Below, piece by piece: positions 34,748-37,628 of a stretch of 37,628 nt of DNA (position 1 is the first letter of the stretch; every line of letters starts with the position of its first letter). The notes beneath the pieces were generated by a model. That model searched no databases and was not told the origin of the DNA. It saw only the letters and a list, made by a program, of their open reading frames with translations. The stretch is from positions 32,813-70,440 of the forward strand of contig CAYSPM010000001.1 in NCBI GenBank assembly GCA_964432925.1, given 5' to 3'. The stretch is from an uncultured Pirellulales bacterium (GTDB lineage Bacteria; Planctomycetota; Phycisphaerae; Sedimentisphaerales; Anaerobacaceae). The position numbers and the translations under genes were made by a program.

Positions 34748-35062
34748 TCACAGGGGCATATTTATTGTTTGCTTATAGGCCTCGATCAACTTATTTCTGA
34801 CGCCCACGAGAACTTTGAAGCTTACATCGGCCTTTGCCACAGCCGAGACCACCGCGGTGATGTCCGTGTTTTTGCCTGTCAGTAGCTCCTTTATGGAGAT
34901 ATCTGAGGACTGTTGGATGTCGTCAACCTTGGACACATATTTGCCGACCGTCTTTACAGCGTCAGAAAAATTCGATTGTGTAGCTGTACCATTGTCAGCC
35001 TTGGGTGTTGGCACGCCCACATTGGGCAAAACCGAATTCACGTTGGCGTTTAGGTCAATCAT
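34748..35062 (-). CDS. fliE: Flagellar hook-basal body protein FliE
   Basis: ~104 aa. C-terminal DITAVVSAVAKADVSFKVLVGVRNKLIEAYKQTINMPL matches the FliE end. ATG 35062 has a GAAGGA RBS. The alternative is GTG 35077, abutting the flgC stop. Confidence 0.85.
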   Translation of the reverse strand: MIDLNANVNSVLPNVGVPTPKADNGTATQSNFSDAVKTVGKYVSKVDDIQQSSDISIKELLTGKNTDITAVVSAVAKADVSFKVLVGVRNKLIEAYKQTINMPL

Positions 35063-35077
35063 AGTCTCATCCTTCAC

Positions 35078-35482
35078 TTATCGCAGTAACTCCAGCGCGG
35101 TTTCGACCATCTGTTGGTAACGCTTCAGAACCGCTGCGTTGGCTTGATATGTGCGGGTTGCAATACTCAGATTCATCATTTCGATTGGCAGATTCACGTT
35201 TGGCATGACTACGTATCCATGCTCATCCGCCCTTGGATCCCCTGGATCGAAAAGCTTCTGGAAATCGCTCGTGTCCTCCATGATTTCGTCCAGCATCACA
35301 CCGCTGATACCTTCGTCCTGCGTTTTCAACATAGCCTCAAGCCGTCGATATGGTTGCCCATTGCCGGCGTCAGTCGTACGGGCATTAGCGACATTTGACG
35401 AAATCACCTCCATGTGTCTGCCCTGTGCCCGCATTCCCGAGATAGCTATATCTATGGGGCCAAACGTTTTGTCGACTTCCAT
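35078..35482 (-). CDS. flgC: Flagellar proximal rod protein FlgC
   Basis: 134 aa. IAISGMRAQGRHMEVISSNVANARTT and C-terminal NLPIEMMNLSIATRTYQANAAVLKRYQQM are canonical FlgC. Confidence 0.95.
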   Translation of the reverse strand: MEVDKTFGPIDIAISGMRAQGRHMEVISSNVANARTTDAGNGQPYRRLEAMLKTQDEGISGVMLDEIMEDTSDFQKLFDPGDPRADEHGYVVMPNVNLPIEMMNLSIATRTYQANAAVLKRYQQMVETALELLR

Positions 35483-35555
35483 TTGCCGTATTCCCTTACT
35501 GCAGCTTTGAAGCTAACTGCGAATATCCTCTAAAATCTAATAATCCTTGTCTTTG

Positions 35556-35915
35556 TCAGCTTACGTCTATCGCTAATTCGATTTGCCTGAGCTTCCTGCT
35601 TAAAAGCCTAATGTATGTCTTATGTCGCAGACTGTTCTTGACCATTTCACCGACCTCGGCTTCCAAGCTAACGTCATTACCATTTGACTTCACAGGGCTT
35701 TGCATAGGTTGATGAAGTTCAGGCTCAATTTCGTTAAGATCGACTTTGCCAACTGAGTTAAGAGCCTTAGCCAGCAACTGCTCGAACTTAACATCGACCC
35801 TGCGGTATCCGGGCGTCTCAAGGTTGGCAATGTTGTTAGCAATCGCCTTTTGCCGAAGGCTTTCAGCCTGTATTCCTGCATCGAGAAGGTCAACGATGTT
35901 GTTTGTCTTGGGCAT
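35556..35915 (-). CDS. flgB: Flagellar proximal rod protein FlgB
   Basis: 119 aa. SLRQKAIANNIANLETPGYRRVDVKFE and C-terminal NDVSLEAEVGEMVKNSLRHKTYIRLLSRKL are the FlgB pattern. It is the first gene of the operon. Confidence 0.93.
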   Translation of the reverse strand: MPKTNNIVDLLDAGIQAESLRQKAIANNIANLETPGYRRVDVKFEQLLAKALNSVGKVDLNEIEPELHQPMQSPVKSNGNDVSLEAEVGEMVKNSLRHKTYIRLLSRKLRQIELAIDVS

Positions 35916-35961
35916 ATTCTTCCCGGCTTTCCAAACATAATTTCTCTGCGATTAAATATTA

Positions 35962-35976
35962 GCAACACTCGTGCCA
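35962..35976 (-). promoter_or_regulatory. Sigma-54 -24/-12 promoter for the flgB-...-motB operon
   Basis: The reverse complement reads TGGCAC-GAGTG-TTGCt, a full consensus match. The -12 element is ~47 nt upstream of the flgB ATG (35915). Confidence 0.75.
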
Positions 35977-36221
35977 GATGTCCCAGAATTGCCATTTTCA
36001 CTGCGTGAATGTCCTGCAGGCTCAAAAACAAGCCTATAAATTAGTCTTCGTCATCCAGTGTAGTCGCGGCAGTGTCAGGTTTCTATACAACCACGTGCGA
36101 TAGCTTGCGCACTTATGCTCCCCCAAACGCTGCCTTACAACACCTTCATGCCTTAGTCGTCACGTACAATAAACCACTATGAGCTGGAAGTTTTTGCCTG
36201 CATAAGGAACTATTGTCCGTA

Positions 36222-36249
36222 TTGCAAAGGTCGGGCATAATCTTTGCAA
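36222..36249. promoter_or_regulatory. Candidate enhancer-binding-protein site: perfect inverted repeat TTGCAAAG-N12-CTTTGCAA
   Basis: 8-bp perfect arms at 36222-29 and 36242-49. The centre is ~94 bp upstream of the -24 element at 36328 and ~250 bp from the divergent flgB promoter. An AT-rich tract lies between the repeat and the plus-strand promoter. Confidence 0.4.
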
Positions 36250-36327
36250 CGATTGCGGAGTTTTTTGTAATATATAACCGTTGTTCAAATAAGTACTTAT
36301 AAATCACTATGCAATCTTCTTTTAATA

Positions 36328-36343
36328 TGGCATGTCTGTTGCT
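36328..36343 (+). promoter_or_regulatory. Sigma-54 -24/-12 promoter for the terminal repeat-containing ORF
   Basis: TGGCAT-GTCTG-TTGCT with correct spacing, ~33 nt upstream of ATG 36376. GGTGAGG RBS at 36361-36367. Confidence 0.7.
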
Positions 36344-36375
36344 TATTTCTGATATGTTAGGGTGAGGTTTGCGCT

Positions 36376-37628
36376 ATGAATATGAACTTAATAACTGCAA
36401 TCGATGCTATAGTAGCAGGCACTGCTTCGACAGGGCTCGTGCAATCGAATAATGGATTGAATAAGTCTAAACCTGCGCTGGGCAGTACGGAAAATAGCGA
36501 GAATCTACCCGGTACAGCGGTTGATGAAACGTCTGATAAAATCAATAACAACGACTGCGCAGAGTTGAATGCCCAGACTTTTATCACTTTCCCCCAGACC
36601 CTTAACGAGGCAAAAGCTAAAGGACTCTTACAATCAAACAATGAGCCGAATAAGTCTGAGACTGTACCGGGCGGTACGAAGGATAACGCAAATCTGCTCA
36701 GTACAGCGGTTGATAAAACGTCTGATAAAATCAATAACAACGATTGCGCAGAGTTGAACGTCCAGACTTTTATCACTTTCCCTCAGACCCTTAACGAGGC
36801 AAAGGCCAAAGGGCTTGTACAATCGAACAATGAGCCGAGTAAGTCTGAGCCTGCACCGGACAGTACGAAGGATAACGCGAATCTGCCCAGTACAACGGTT
36901 GATGAAAAGTCTTATAAAATCAATGACAACGGTTGCGCAGAGCTGAATGCGCAAACTCTTATCACATTCCCTCAGACCCTTAACGAGGCAGAAGCCGAAT
37001 TATGTATTTGTTCAGATGACACGGTGAGTTCGGCGCAGGAACAGCTTGTCCTCGGTGTAGAAGCCGAAACACTACAACAGAATCTGCTGGATATCGTGGC
37101 TCACAAACAGGGACCAATATCTTTACCACCTGCTCTATTGGCTTCTCTTGGAACTCGCACAAATCAGGATACTGAAGCAAATGAAAAGATATTCCTTACG
37201 GACGAAAACGGTCAAATCGCGTCTGAGTATCTTCGATCGGTCTCTAGCGAAAAGCTTGACCGACCCGAAGTCTTATTGACCAAACAGTACGAACAGCTAT
37301 TTATAGAAGGCGAACCGTTAATTGACAAGCAATTGACAGCTAAGCTACTTAAAGCTGGGGTCAGGGATCGGGGATCAGAGGAGGCTTCACCTAGTCCGCT
37401 GATCCCTGAACCCCGGCTGCTGATTTCTGAAGCCAGGCCGCTGACAAGTGAAGAGAATCTGCAAGAGGCACCTCCTGCCAACCAGGACCTCATTATCAAG
37501 ACCAAAGATAGCCAAGCGTTAAGCGAGAGCTTAGACAGCAGATCAGTCCTGCCTGATAGCCAGGTAAATGCGGATGGGAAAAAAGGCTCAGGCATAGCTT
37601 CCGTTTTGGATTCTGCCGTACAGTTGGA
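36376..37628 (+). CDS. 5'-partial view of a repeat-containing protein of unknown function (open to the window end; possible FliK-like hook-length ruler)
   Basis: Hand translation in frame 1 from ATG 36376 (an in-frame TAG lies at 36358-60 upstream) gives 417 codons with no stop up to nt 37628: MNMNLITAIDAIVAGTASTGLVQSNN...DSAVQL. It is not in the ORF track because it lacks a stop. The sequence is Q/N/S/E/P/T-rich. It has an RBS and a sigma-54 promoter and is divergent from flgB. The minus-strand track ORFs here are shadows. Confidence 0.7.
   Translation, partial: MNMNLITAIDAIVAGTASTGLVQSNNGLNKSKPALGSTENSENLPGTAVDETSDKINNNDCAELNAQTFITFPQTLNEAKAKGLLQSNNEPNKSETVPGGTKDNANLLSTAVDKTSDKINNNDCAELNVQTFITFPQTLNEAKAKGLVQSNNEPSKSEPAPDSTKDNANLPSTTVDEKSYKINDNGCAELNAQTLITFPQTLNEAEAELCICSDDTVSSAQEQLVLGVEAETLQQNLLDIVAHKQGPISLPPALLASLGTRTNQDTEANEKIFLTDENGQIASEYLRSVSSEKLDRPEVLLTKQYEQLFIEGEPLIDKQLTAKLLKAGVRDRGSEEASPSPLIPEPRLLISEARPLTSEENLQEAPPANQDLIIKTKDSQALSESLDSRSVLPDSQVNADGKKGSGIASVLDSAVQL
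36442..37008 (+). repeat. Three in-frame tandem repeats of 189 bp (63 aa) inside the terminal ORF
   Basis: Units start at 36442, 36631 and 36820 (caatcgaataat / caatcaaacaat / caatcgaacaat). Each encodes QSNN..KS....T..N.NL..T.VD..S.KIN.N.CAELN.QT.ITFPQTLNEA.A. Nucleotide identity between units is high by eye. Confidence 0.9.
37357..37416 (+). repeat. Copy C of the ~60-bp imperfect-palindromic repeat, embedded in-frame in the terminal ORF
   Basis: ggggtcagggatcggggatcagaggaggcttcacctagtccgctgatccctgaaccccgg. It translates in the ORF frame as GVRDRGSEEASPSPLIPEPR without a stop or frameshift. Confidence 0.85.

Noticed and set aside
36357-36954. Minus-strand track ORFs 36357-36776 and 36634-36954, which look like paralogous repeat proteins.
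   Set aside because: Their internal similarity simply mirrors the 189-bp tandem repeat. The plus-strand frame has an RBS, a sigma-54 promoter and remains open for 1.25 kb, whereas the minus-strand ORFs have no start context and would run into the flgB promoter region.
36442-37008. The tandem repeat array considered as a possible CRISPR array.
   Set aside because: The units are contiguous 189-bp copies with no unique spacers, lie in an open reading frame, and no cas genes or leader are present.

Overview
This window is a flagellar biosynthesis super-locus from a diderm (outer-membrane-bearing) bacterium. All calls rest on reading the supplied translations and the DNA by eye; no BLAST or HMM search was possible.

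Plus-strand block (1-22808): the 3' end of a flgE-like gene, a membrane-anchored PilZ/YcgR-like gene, then flgF-flgG-flgA-flgH-flgI-flgJ(rod-binding only)-flgN-flgK-flgL. A ~9.7 kb island of TPR and glycosyltransferase genes follows (10602-20269), including a 1814-aa kinase-like + methyltransferase + 4xGT2 fusion protein, and then fliD.

Minus-strand block (22814-35915), in transcription order: flgB-flgC-fliE-fliF-fliG-fliH-fliI-fliJ-ylxF-like-motA-motB-motB, then fliO-fliP-fliQ-fliR-flhB.

Window end: a plus-strand ORF starts at 36376 and runs off the end of the window. It is absent from the ORF track because it has no stop codon. It carries three in-frame 189-bp tandem repeats.

Four intergenic matches to the RpoN (sigma-54) -24/-12 consensus GGCAC-N5-TTGC lie in the right orientation upstream of operon starts. 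A ~60-bp imperfect-palindromic repeat occurs three times, once in-frame inside the terminal ORF.

No flagellin, fliM/fliN, flhA, flgD, fliS or fliA genes, and no rRNA, tRNA, CRISPR or transposase genes, were seen.

Most interesting items:
- the glycosylation-type island sitting in the usual flagellin slot, and its giant fusion enzyme
- the duplicated motB with complementary degeneration of the OmpA-like motifs
- the repeat-bearing, sigma-54-driven terminal ORF (possible FliK-type ruler)
- the coding-region copy of the palindromic element
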